From Nanobdellota archaeon (lineage in GTDB: Archaea; Nanobdellota; Nanobdellia; Pacearchaeales; GW2011-AR1), in contig JBBSYD010000045.1 of assembly GCA_038045425.1 (NCBI GenBank), forward strand, positions 1 to 36,210: a DNA stretch of 36,210 bases, given 5' to 3'. The notes beneath the pieces were generated by a model. It did not search any database. It saw only the letters and a program-made list of their open reading frames with translations, and was not told the origin of the DNA. The position numbers and the translations under genes were made by a program. Position 1 is the first letter of the stretch; every line of letters starts with the position of its first letter. This document shows positions 1 through 8,701 of this stretch, piece after piece.

Positions 1-3000
1 GGAGGAGTAACTGGCAATGTTTTGATTGAAGATGCTTATGTTTATGATGGAAAAGTTGTGGAGGGAGAGGACTTTGAGTATACTCTTGAAGAAGGGCAGA
101 GTGCAGAATTAGTTTTGGGGAGTGTTAAAGTTAATGGTGAATTGATTGACGATGCTCATATTAATGTTGAGGTGCAAGGGAGAAAAGTTATTGTTTCAAC
201 TGATTATGAGATTGTTGAGGAAGGATTTGGAGAGGATTATCTTGGAAGTTCAAAGATAAAATTAAATGTAAATTTATCTGCTTTAGGGATACTTGTTGAA
301 GGAGACAAGTTGACTTTGAAGTTGATTTATGGAAATAATACTCTTGCTAATATTCAAAAGACTTTGCTTATAGATTATTTAGAGGAAAATGTTTCGAATT
401 TAAGTTTTGTTAAATTAATACCTACGATTAGAATTGCTAAGAATGGAAATTATGAATTGAATTTAAATAATTATTTTGAAGGGGCAGAAAGATATGTTTT
501 CAGTAGTAAGAATATAAGTTTTACAGGAGATAATGGGATTTTAGTATTATCTCCGTTTGAAGATTTTACTGGAGCAGTTAAAGGAATTGTTACTGGATAT
601 TCTGGAAATAATAGTGTTGAAAGTAATGAGTTTACGATTTTAGTTTCATCAGGAGGAATTAACATTAGTACGAGTAGAGAAAAAATTAAAGTTGGAGAGC
701 CAGTTAAATGGACTAAGAAAGTTAATGTAGAGGTTTCTGAAAATGTTAGCGTTAGTATTCCTTTTGATGCAGAAAATGTAGTAGTAACTAAGTTTGGGGG
801 TTCTGAAGAAATTGTTTCAGATGTGATAAATGAAAATACTATTTTGGAGGAAAATTTGAGTAAGGGTATTACTGGAAATGTAGTTTTTGAAATAAATTCT
901 CGAAAAGAATTTTTCTTATTTGGATGGGCTAGAGAGATATTTAGAGGAGTAACTGGAAATGTTATTTCTGAAGAAAATGGGATTAATTCGGTTGAAACAA
1001 AGGAGATTTTGTTAGGGCAAGATTCTTCTGTGGAAAGTTATACTATTGAATATGAGACTTCTGCTCCAATGGCTATTGAAAGTGAAACTTCTTCTGGAAA
1101 AGAAGTAGTTATTTCTGGTCCAGATGCTCTTCATTATACTGATGTAATTGCGTCTGCTAATATTAGTAGAAATATTTCTATTGAAAATTCTGGAAGAATT
1201 AAGATTTATTGGAAGGACTATTCTTTGACTTCTGAGAAGATTAAGAAAGTTGATGAAGTTCTAGATGAGGAGGTTGTTGAAGAGGTTTCTAATTCTAATT
1301 TAGATGAGGAAGATATTGTTGAAAATTTAGTAGATAATCAAAGTGATAGTTTAGATAGTTATTCTGAAGGAATGTTAATAACTGGAAATGTTATTAGCGG
1401 TTCTGAAGAAAATTATTTAGAAGTGAATAATTCAGAGGGTATAACTTCTAATGTTAATAATTCAGAGGTTTTGGAGGTTGTTAATGGTAAAGAGTATGTT
1501 TTGAGAGAAGTTCCTTTTGATTATTATGACTTAGATGGAGATGGAAATGTGGATTATGTTGAGTGGGTTGTTCCTCATTTGAGTAATCAGACTTATCAAA
1601 TTATTTATATTACTCATGCTGAAGAGTTAGATAGTAATAGAACTTTCGTTAGAGATATATATAATGAGGTTAAGGCGAGAGATGATAATTGGACGACCAT
1701 TTCTGCTGGGAATTTTGTAAGGGTAATGTTTGAAATAAATTTGACTTCTAGTAAGGATATTACTCTTTATGCGAGGAGTAATAATTCTGGAAGAATAAAT
1801 GTTTATGAAAAAGATTCTGATGTGGAATTGGCTGATTTTGGAGTTATTGGGGAAGATGGAAAGTATAGAATTCTTTTGACGAATTTGATTGGGGAACAGG
1901 ATACTTTTGATTTGAAAGTTTTGAATGGGAGTGTAGAGTTTGATTGGATTGTTGACCCTACAACAATTCCTCAGCTTACTATCATTACTCCTCAAAACAA
2001 TCAGTATTATTCTACTTCTACTGTAACATTTAATGCAAGTTCGAATGAAAATGGTTCAGGATGGTATCTATTTGCTCCAGTCAGTACTCCTTCAGTTATT
2101 AATAATTCTCTTAAGATTTATTACGATTTCGATAGCTTTGTTGCACCAAGTAAAATTGTTGATTTAAGTCCACGAAAGAATAATGCTACAAATACAAGTT
2201 CTAAACAAACCACCTTGGGTAAATATGGGCAAGGATGGTATTTTGATGGAACGGACGATATCTATCTTTCTGGAAGTGCAGTCGGAATTAGTGGAAGTAA
2301 TTCTTGGAGTATTTCTATTTGGTTTAATTCTTCTTCTCTTGCTGGAGTTCGTCCATTATTTTATTGGGGTGTAGCAGGAACATTAGATTTAGCGATATTT
2401 GGAACTTCTGGAACTACCCCTATAGCTTGGAGTTATAGCGGGTGTGATTTAGTTGGAAATAATACTTTGACTACTGGAACTTGGTATAATATGATTGCAA
2501 CTTATAATGGGTCTAGAAAAAATCTGTATATTAATGGTGCAATTGTAGCTAATTGTACTGCAACTCTTTCTTTAGTTAGTACGGCGGTTAAAGGAGGAGA
2601 ATATACTTTATCTGGAGGATGGACAGATTATTCTGGATATCAGGATGAATTACTTATCTTTAATAGAACTCTTACTGCTTCTGAAATTGCTTCTTTGTCA
2701 TCTAGTAATCCTAAGACTTTGAGCTTTGTTAGTTCTTTAGATTCTCCAGTATATCTGATGACTTCAAACGCAACTGGGACTGGATTTAATTTCACTAATA
2801 CTTCTATTCCTGACGGAGTATATACTGTGAAATTTTTTGCTAATGATACTTATGGAAATATTAATTCAACAGTCGCAGCAATAAACTTTACTGTTGATAC
2901 TGTTGCTCCTAATGTTACCGTTGTTAATCCATTGAATCAGAATTATTCTACTTCAGTGATTAATTTCAATGTGACTACTTCGGAGAATGCTACTTGTAAT

Positions 3001-6000
3001 TATACTATTACTTCTGGGGCTACTAATTATACTATGACTGGAAATGCAACTGGAACTGGATTTGGAGCTGTTAATTCGAGTGTGCCTGATGGGCAGTATA
3101 CCGTTAGATATTATTGTGCGGATATTGCTGGGAATTTGAATTCATCTGTTACTCGAGCGTTTGGAATAGATACAGTTGCTCCTAACGTTGCAATACTTAG
3201 TCCAGCTAATCAGAATTATTCTACTTCTGTAATTAACTTTAATGTGACTACTAATGAAAATTCAACTTGTAATTATACTCTTAACGAAGGAGTTACTAAT
3301 TATACTATGACTGGAAATGCAACTGGAATAGGATTTAATGCAACTAATTCTTCAGTTCCTGTTGGACAATATACAGTCAGATATTATTGTGCAGATATTT
3401 TAGGTAATTTAAATGATGGCGCAACGAGAGAATTTGGAGTTCTTTCATCTACAATAAGTAGTTGTGGCTCTTACGGAACTTTGGGAGCGTATACTCTAAG
3501 TCAGAATATCTCAGGTACTGGAACGTGTATTACTTTAGAAGATTATAACAATATTGAAATTAATTGTCAAGGATATACTATAACTTATGGTACTTCTGCT
3601 GGAGCAACGGTGCATGGAATTTATGGTTCTTTTGCTTCAGTTAAGAATAATATTACCATTAAGAATTGTAATATCGTTAGAACAAATACCAGTACTGCAG
3701 GTTCTGGAATTTATGCTATAAGAATAAATGCTTCAACTATATTTAATAATACTATAAATGTAACTGGTAGTTCTGCAATTTCTGGAATAAATATTGGAAC
3801 TACTTCAGGTAATTTGAATATCTCTAATAATACTATTTATACTGGGGCTAGTGGAGCAGGAACTGCTGCAATTCTTACTTCTACCAGTGACGTGGCTGGA
3901 TTGTATATTGGGAGTAATCAGATTCTTTCAGGATATAATGGGGGAACTTCTGGATTTGATGGAATTTCTATTACTGCTGGATATGGTGCTGTTGTTGAAT
4001 ATAATAATATAAGTGTTTATGGCAGCGGAAGTAATAAGGGGATGTATGCTACTGGAACGTCTAATGCTAATTTTACAAGTAATACTTTGAGTATTTCTAC
4101 TTCTGCTGCTGATCATTATGGAATTGATATTGCAGGGGTTTCTGATGGAACGAGATTAGTAAATAATACTATTAGTTTAGTAGGAACTTCTACACAAAGA
4201 GGCATAAACTTAGGTTCAAATAGTATTTCTGTTATTAATAATAGTATTACGATGTTTGCTACTTCAGCACCGTATGGGATTAGTAATTTGGCTACTTATG
4301 ATAATGCATATATTTATGGAAATAATGTAACTGTAAATGGGACTAATGATGCTCATGCAATGATGATTGCAGGTTTTGTAGATAATCTCTGGATTGAAAA
4401 TAATAATTTTAAGACTAGTGGAACAACTAGGACGACTGCTACAAATGGACCAGATGTTGTTCAATTAGTTTCTTCTGCTTCTGGAGGATATATTACTAAT
4501 ATTACTTTTAAGAATAATATAATTAATCTTAGCGGAAAAGGAAGTGCTATAGAAATGGCAGGGTCGGGTGATTTTCCATATGATATTTATTTTATTAATA
4601 ATAATATTCCTCGAGGAGAATATCTTTATTTGTCAGTTCAAGATGATTATACTGGCTTGTATTTTTATGATCAGGATATTCCTGGAAATTATTCTTTTGC
4701 TGGGGCAGGTAGTACTGTGCGAGTAGAGAATACTAGTTCTGGGAGAATTTATTTTCTTAATTATTTAACTGGAACGGGAGATAATTTCAGTTCAGATATT
4801 GTTATAGGAAATAATAGTGCGTATGTTAATTCAGCTCAAACTGGGCTTAATACAAGTGCGAATGTTTCTCTTTACGGATTAAGAACTGACTTTTCTGATC
4901 CTAAGATACTTCGAAATGGAGTTCTTTGTACTACTTGTTATAACTTTACTTCTCTTAATGCTGGGAATGTTTCATTTAATGTGACTGGATGGAGTAATTA
5001 TAGTATTGGGGATATTTCAATAGTTCCTCCAGTTGTGGTATCGGTTATATTAAATTCATCTGATGGTTTGAATAGAACAAATGAGAGTTTGAGTTGTTAT
5101 ACTAATATAACTTCTAATCAAGCTACGGTTTATGCTAATTATACTTGGTATAAGAATGGAACTGTTAATTTATCTGGACAGAGTGCAGGATTTACTCAAG
5201 GAACTTTAGGTTTGGTTTCTGTGCTTGGTGCGGGGAATACTACTAAGGGAGATAATTGGACGTGCAGTGTAAAAGCTTATGATGGGGTATCTTATAGTGA
5301 TAATTGGACTAATGCTTCTTTAGTAATTTTAAATAGCCTTCCAGTTGTAACTCTTATTTCTCCTACTGATAAAAATTCAACTACAAATAGAGCTCAAGAG
5401 TTTACTTGGAGTGCGTCTGATTTGGATGGAGATAGTTTAGGATATCAGATTACTCTTAATTCATCTTCTTATATGGGTTCTCCACCTGTGGCTTGTAGTG
5501 AAAATATTTTGACTATTACTTCTTCATCTAGTTTCACTCCTTCTAGTGATTTAAGCTGTTTGTATGATAATGGATATGTTTACAATTGGAGCGTTAGAGC
5601 AAATGATAGTGAGGGTTATGGTGCTTGGAGTGGAATATGGAGTGTTAATATTACTGCAAGTCTCGCGATTAGTTTTGTTAATTCAAATGTGGCGTTTGGA
5701 GTATTATCTTTATTAGAATATAATGATACAACTAGTAATAATCCTACTCCGTTCATTATTCAGAATGATGGAAATGTTTTTGTTAATACTTCTTTGAATG
5801 GTACCTCTTTGTGGGAAAATACACCAAATCCAAGTAGATATTTCAAGTTTAAGATTGATAATAATACTTTTAGTGGACCAAATGAATTGGGAGCATTTAA
5901 TTGGGCGAATTCATTAACTAGTTGGACAAATGTTTCAACTTCATTAACTACTGCGATAACTTCTCTTAATTATTCAGATGCCAAGGATAGTGCGGAGATA

Positions 6001-6084
6001 GACATTTATGTTGAAGTGCCTTCAGGGGAATCTTCAGGAAGTAAATCATCAATTATCACATTCAATTCAATATTGGGAGAATAA
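1..6084 (+). CDS. Giant secreted surface adhesin-like protein, 5'-truncated by the window edge (>2027 aa): acidic N-region, split Ig-like domain with nested LamG domain, two more Ig-like repeats, parallel beta-helix region, C-terminal Ig-like modules
   Basis: Frame 1 is open from nt 1 (GGVTGNVLIE precedes the TTG at 22 used by the ORF track), so the true start is off-window. Stop is TAA 6082-6084. It carries a LamG_3-type pattern, 91-aa repeats, NxTIxN beta-helix rungs, a DLDGDGNVDY Ca-loop-like motif and very dense N-x-S/T sequons. Confidence 0.9.
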   Translation, partial: GGVTGNVLIEDAYVYDGKVVEGEDFEYTLEEGQSAELVLGSVKVNGELIDDAHINVEVQGRKVIVSTDYEIVEEGFGEDYLGSSKIKLNVNLSALGILVEGDKLTLKLIYGNNTLANIQKTLLIDYLEENVSNLSFVKLIPTIRIAKNGNYELNLNNYFEGAERYVFSSKNISFTGDNGILVLSPFEDFTGAVKGIVTGYSGNNSVESNEFTILVSSGGINISTSREKIKVGEPVKWTKKVNVEVSENVSVSIPFDAENVVVTKFGGSEEIVSDVINENTILEENLSKGITGNVVFEINSRKEFFLFGWAREIFRGVTGNVISEENGINSVETKEILLGQDSSVESYTIEYETSAPMAIESETSSGKEVVISGPDALHYTDVIASANISRNISIENSGRIKIYWKDYSLTSEKIKKVDEVLDEEVVEEVSNSNLDEEDIVENLVDNQSDSLDSYSEGMLITGNVISGSEENYLEVNNSEGITSNVNNSEVLEVVNGKEYVLREVPFDYYDLDGDGNVDYVEWVVPHLSNQTYQIIYITHAEELDSNRTFVRDIYNEVKARDDNWTTISAGNFVRVMFEINLTSSKDITLYARSNNSGRINVYEKDSDVELADFGVIGEDGKYRILLTNLIGEQDTFDLKVLNGSVEFDWIVDPTTIPQLTIITPQNNQYYSTSTVTFNASSNENGSGWYLFAPVSTPSVINNSLKIYYDFDSFVAPSKIVDLSPRKNNATNTSSKQTTLGKYGQGWYFDGTDDIYLSGSAVGISGSNSWSISIWFNSSSLAGVRPLFYWGVAGTLDLAIFGTSGTTPIAWSYSGCDLVGNNTLTTGTWYNMIATYNGSRKNLYINGAIVANCTATLSLVSTAVKGGEYTLSGGWTDYSGYQDELLIFNRTLTASEIASLSSSNPKTLSFVSSLDSPVYLMTSNATGTGFNFTNTSIPDGVYTVKFFANDTYGNINSTVAAINFTVDTVAPNVTVVNPLNQNYSTSVINFNVTTSENATCNYTITSGATNYTMTGNATGTGFGAVNSSVPDGQYTVRYYCADIAGNLNSSVTRAFGIDTVAPNVAILSPANQNYSTSVINFNVTTNENSTCNYTLNEGVTNYTMTGNATGIGFNATNSSVPVGQYTVRYYCADILGNLNDGATREFGVLSSTISSCGSYGTLGAYTLSQNISGTGTCITLEDYNNIEINCQGYTITYGTSAGATVHGIYGSFASVKNNITIKNCNIVRTNTSTAGSGIYAIRINASTIFNNTINVTGSSAISGINIGTTSGNLNISNNTIYTGASGAGTAAILTSTSDVAGLYIGSNQILSGYNGGTSGFDGISITAGYGAVVEYNNISVYGSGSNKGMYATGTSNANFTSNTLSISTSAADHYGIDIAGVSDGTRLVNNTISLVGTSTQRGINLGSNSISVINNSITMFATSAPYGISNLATYDNAYIYGNNVTVNGTNDAHAMMIAGFVDNLWIENNNFKTSGTTRTTATNGPDVVQLVSSASGGYITNITFKNNIINLSGKGSAIEMAGSGDFPYDIYFINNNIPRGEYLYLSVQDDYTGLYFYDQDIPGNYSFAGAGSTVRVENTSSGRIYFLNYLTGTGDNFSSDIVIGNNSAYVNSAQTGLNTSANVSLYGLRTDFSDPKILRNGVLCTTCYNFTSLNAGNVSFNVTGWSNYSIGDISIVPPVVVSVILNSSDGLNRTNESLSCYTNITSNQATVYANYTWYKNGTVNLSGQSAGFTQGTLGLVSVLGAGNTTKGDNWTCSVKAYDGVSYSDNWTNASLVILNSLPVVTLISPTDKNSTTNRAQEFTWSASDLDGDSLGYQITLNSSSYMGSPPVACSENILTITSSSSFTPSSDLSCLYDNGYVYNWSVRANDSEGYGAWSGIWSVNITASLAISFVNSNVAFGVLSLLEYNDTTSNNPTPFIIQNDGNVFVNTSLNGTSLWENTPNPSRYFKFKIDNNTFSGPNELGAFNWANSLTSWTNVSTSLTTAITSLNYSDAKDSAEIDIYVEVPSGESSGSKSSIITFNSILGE
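2110..2697 (+). other. LamG / concanavalin-A-like lectin domain (Laminin_G_3-type) inside the giant ORF
   Basis: LKIYYDFDS..DLSPRKNNATN..GKYGQGWYFDGTDDIYLSG..NSWSISIWFNSS..GTWYNMIATYNGSRKNLYINGAIVA..YQDELLIFNRTLTASEIASL follows the canonical Laminin_G_3 order of conserved positions. Confidence 0.8.
2893..3438 (+). repeat. Tandem in-frame duplication, 2 x 273 nt (91-aa Ig-like module)
   Basis: Copy 1 (2893-3165) reads VDTVAPNVTVVNPLNQNYSTSVINFNVTTSENATCNYT..QYTVRYYCADIAGNLN. Copy 2 (3166-3438) reads IDTVAPNVAILSPANQNYSTSVINFNVTTNENSTCNYT..QYTVRYYCADILGNLN. My hand count gives 70 of 91 residues identical. Confidence 0.9.
3441..4620 (+). other. Right-handed parallel beta-helix (PbH1-like) repeat region of the giant ORF
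   Basis: Rungs recur about every 22-25 aa: NITIKNCNIV, NNTINVTGSS, ISNNTIYTGASG, EYNNISVYGSG, FTSNTLSISTS, VNNTISLVGTS, INNSITMFATS, YGNNVTVNGTN, ENNNFKTSGT, FKNNIINLSGKG. Confidence 0.7.
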
Positions 6085-6579
6085 ATGGAAATAACAAAGA
6101 AACATATATATGCGATAGACTTTGCAATTATAGTTGGAACTTTGATTGTTTTATTTACTTTGGTAATTTATATGAGGCCTATGGTTATTTCTCCATTGGA
6201 TAATTTGGAAACTACAAATAATTCTATGCTTTTCTCATTTGAAAAGGGGAATATAATTTATCTTGATGATAATATTGAATTTACTTCTCCTGAAAAAATA
6301 TCCGCAGAAAATAATTTAATTATTAATTTAAAGCCGGGAGTTTATTATTGGAAAGTTGAGGGAGTTGTTAAGAGTGAAACAAGAACTCTAACAATAAAAT
6401 CGGAAATAGACTTGAGATTGAGAGAAGCGGGGGAGTTTTATGAAGTGGTTAACTCAGGAAATACTAGACTGAAGGTTGATATCTATAATAATAACACTCT
6501 TGTTGGTAATGTTATTTTAGAAAGTGATGAGAGTGCGAACGTTTCAGGGACTAAATTTGTGGGGGCTCAAGATGAATAA
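6085..6579 (+). CDS. Small membrane-anchored beta-rich protein (164 aa), function unknown
   Basis: The ATG abuts the TAA of the giant ORF, with GGGAG 5 nt upstream. It has one N-terminal TM helix (IYAIDFAIIVGTLIVLFTLVIY) followed by a ~120-aa ectodomain. Confidence 0.65.
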   Translation: MEITKKHIYAIDFAIIVGTLIVLFTLVIYMRPMVISPLDNLETTNNSMLFSFEKGNIIYLDDNIEFTSPEKISAENNLIINLKPGVYYWKVEGVVKSETRTLTIKSEIDLRLREAGEFYEVVNSGNTRLKVDIYNNNTLVGNVILESDESANVSGTKFVGAQDE

Positions 6580-7771
6580 ATTATTATTTAGTATTTTGTT
6601 TGTGTTGTTATTGGCGTCGAATGTTTATGCTTTAGGAATAACTCCTGCAAGAGCACCTGTAGATTATTCTGCTGGTTTAGAGAAGGATATTGTATTTACA
6701 GTTATAAATTCAGAACATAAGGATATGGATTTGAGTATTTCTGTGCAGGGAGAGATGAGCAGTGGAGTTATACTGGAAAAAGATAGAGTGCATGTAAGTG
6801 CAGATGATGGTGAAATTAAAGTGAATGCTAAATTTAAAGTTCCAGAGGGATTAACTCCTGGAAAACATGATGCGAATATTGTATTTTCACAAATTCCTGA
6901 AAGTCAAGGGAGCTCGGGAGGAGCGTCTGTCCAAGCAGTATTAGCAGTCACTTCACAGATTTCTCTTTATGTTCCATATCCTGGAAAATATCTAGAGGGA
7001 GAATTAAAGGTTTCTGGAACTGGAAAGGAAAAAACCTTTGTAATTAGTATGCTTAATAGAGGTAAAGATAATATCGGGAAAGTTTCTGCTTCAATTCATA
7101 TTTATGATTCTTCTGAGAAAGAAGTTAGAGTGTTAAAGACTAATGAGATTTCTTTGAATTCTCCAGGTAGTGGGGAAGTTAATGCTTTGTGGAATTCAGA
7201 TGTTCCCGAGGGTAAATATCATGCAAAGGCAGTTGTTAATTATGATGGGCAGGAAATTTTATTTGAAAGTCCATTTGAAGTTGGAGAACTTGTTTTAGAT
7301 TTACAACAAATAGTTGTTAAAGATTTTACTTTAGGAGGGATTGCTAAGTTTGATATGATTGTGATGAATAAATGGAATGAACCAATTACTCAAGCATATG
7401 CTGAGATGAGGGTGTATGATGATAACATGAAGGAGATTGTTAGTATGAAATCTTCAACTTATGATATTCCTGCAGGAATGCAAACTACTATGAATTATTA
7501 TTGGGATACTAAGGGTGTTTCTGAAGGATTATATAATTCAAATATAATTTTGTATTATTCAGGAAAGAAAACACAGCAGGATCTTAAGTTGGATGTTAAG
7601 AGTGATAGAATTGATGTAACTGGATTGGGTTATGTTATTTCTTCAGAAACTAGTTCGGGAAGCGGAGGAATGATTAATATTCTTATAATTGTTGTTGTGA
7701 TATTAGTTTTAATCAATGTTTTATGGTTTTTGGCTTGGAGAAAAAAGAAAGTTGGGCAATTGAAGAGCTAA
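6572..7771 (+). CDS. Secreted, C-terminally anchored multi-CARDB/Ig-like surface protein (module protein A1)
   Basis: I trimmed the start from 6524 to ATG 6572, which gives the signal peptide MNKLLFSILFVLLLASNVYA|LGITPA and an 8-nt overlap with the upstream stop. The protein has an SSGSGG linker, a TM helix and RKKK at the C-terminus. It is a paralog of 8702..9853, sharing PGKH, GGAS..VPYPG(K/R)YLE, G(K/N)Y..NY and G(L/R)Y..N(I/L)(I/L)LxY. Confidence 0.8.
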   Translation: MNKLLFSILFVLLLASNVYALGITPARAPVDYSAGLEKDIVFTVINSEHKDMDLSISVQGEMSSGVILEKDRVHVSADDGEIKVNAKFKVPEGLTPGKHDANIVFSQIPESQGSSGGASVQAVLAVTSQISLYVPYPGKYLEGELKVSGTGKEKTFVISMLNRGKDNIGKVSASIHIYDSSEKEVRVLKTNEISLNSPGSGEVNALWNSDVPEGKYHAKAVVNYDGQEILFESPFEVGELVLDLQQIVVKDFTLGGIAKFDMIVMNKWNEPITQAYAEMRVYDDNMKEIVSMKSSTYDIPAGMQTTMNYYWDTKGVSEGLYNSNIILYYSGKKTQQDLKLDVKSDRIDVTGLGYVISSETSSGSGGMINILIIVVVILVLINVLWFLAWRKKKVGQLKS

Positions 7772-7824
7772 TTTTACTAAAAAAATGCTTTTTTGACGGA
7801 AATATTTATAAAGGAGTTATTGTA

Positions 7825-8037
7825 ATGTATGATATGGTTAAAAAGAATGTGGCGATGATTTTACTTGTTATTGCAGTAATTTTGGTTGGAGTTTGTATTT
7901 ATACTTATTTTTATGGGGCTGAGAAGATTTCTTCTGATGACTTAGGGGCATCACAGGAAGGTAGTTCTGGTGGTGGGCAAGTTGGAATTGTTATATTACC
8001 TCCGGAGGTAGAGGATAGAGGAAATGGCAGTGGTTAA
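7825..8037 (+). CDS. 70-aa single-pass membrane protein (module protein B1)
   Basis: I trimmed the start to ATG 7825, which has AAGGAG at 7811-7816. It has a TM helix (VAMILLVIAVILVGVCIYTYFY), a GSSGGGQ segment and an acidic tail. Confidence 0.5.
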   Translation: MYDMVKKNVAMILLVIAVILVGVCIYTYFYGAEKISSDDLGASQEGSSGGGQVGIVILPPEVEDRGNGSG

Positions 8038-8659
8038 GAAAGTGAATGAGGTGTCTGAGAATGAGTGGTATAGTTATGTTGCTTATATTTCTATGGTAGT
8101 TATTGTTTTAGCAGTTATTTATTTGGGTTTGGGTTCTCAAGTTATTACTGGGAATGCTACTTTTAATACGACTCAAGGAACTGTAAATGTTAGTATTAAT
8201 AATCTAACTGCTATTAATTTTACGGCTAATAATATTAATTTTGGAGCTGGTGGAGTAACTATAGGTACTTCTACTGCTTATCTTTATTCAAATAATGGAA
8301 CTACCACGGGGGGGTCTTGGAGTTTTTCTGCGCAGAATCTTACTTTAGAAAATATAGGTAATAATAATCTTACTATGGTAAATGTATCCTTTGGAAAGAC
8401 TGCGGATACTCTCATTGGAGGAGCGGGCGCATTATATCAGTTTATGTATAATGATGCTGAGGCTGGAAGTTGTACTGGAGGTACTGTTACTGCTAATACT
8501 TGGACTAATACACTTACTACTAATCAGACGATTTGTACTCTTTTCCCTGCAACTGATACTAGCGATAGCATTTATATTAGTATTAAGTTAGGAATACCTT
8601 CTGCTTCAGCTTATACAGGTTCTTTAGGAGATGTTGTAACTGTTACAGTTATGACTTAG
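8024..8659 (+). CDS. Secreted beta-rich protein with a TasA/camelysin-like sequence pattern; candidate fibre subunit (module protein C1)
   Basis: GAGGA lies 8 nt upstream, and the start overlaps the B1 stop by 14 nt. A signal-anchor is followed by ITGNATFNTTQGTVNVSI..INFGAGG..LTLENIGNNNLTM..KLGIPS. The protein is collinear with 10265..10852. Confidence 0.7.
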   Translation: MAVVKKVNEVSENEWYSYVAYISMVVIVLAVIYLGLGSQVITGNATFNTTQGTVNVSINNLTAINFTANNINFGAGGVTIGTSTAYLYSNNGTTTGGSWSFSAQNLTLENIGNNNLTMVNVSFGKTADTLIGGAGALYQFMYNDAEAGSCTGGTVTANTWTNTLTTNQTICTLFPATDTSDSIYISIKLGIPSASAYTGSLGDVVTVTVMT

Positions 8660-8670
8660 TGAGGGGAAAA

Positions 8671-8680
8671 ACTATAAAAA
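8671..8680 (+). promoter_or_regulatory. TATA-like box for the 8702 gene (leaderless arrangement)
   Basis: ACTATAAAAA is centred about 26 nt upstream of ATG 8702, with no SD-like purine run placed correctly in between. Confidence 0.4.
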
Positions 8681-8701
8681 GGGAGTATTGGTTTTATTAG
8701 G

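Noticed and set aside
471-4464. Short internal ORFs 471..665, 1627..1995, 2183..2374, 3928..4116 and 4264..4464
   Set aside because: They are embedded in the 6-kb giant ORF and have low-complexity or hydrophobic nonsense translations with no independent signals. The same reasoning applies to 8382..8591, 17021..17206, 18405..18611, 19107..19298, 30371..30553, 33704..34264 and 34881..35063.
7772-7824. Internal terminator plus promoter between A1 and B1 (GCTTTTTTGAC and ATATTTATAAA)
   Set aside because: The TATA-like string is only about 18 nt from the ATG and an SD (AAGGAG) lies between them, so it is more likely just an AT-rich spacer. The T6 run might attenuate transcription, but I cannot support that from sequence alone.
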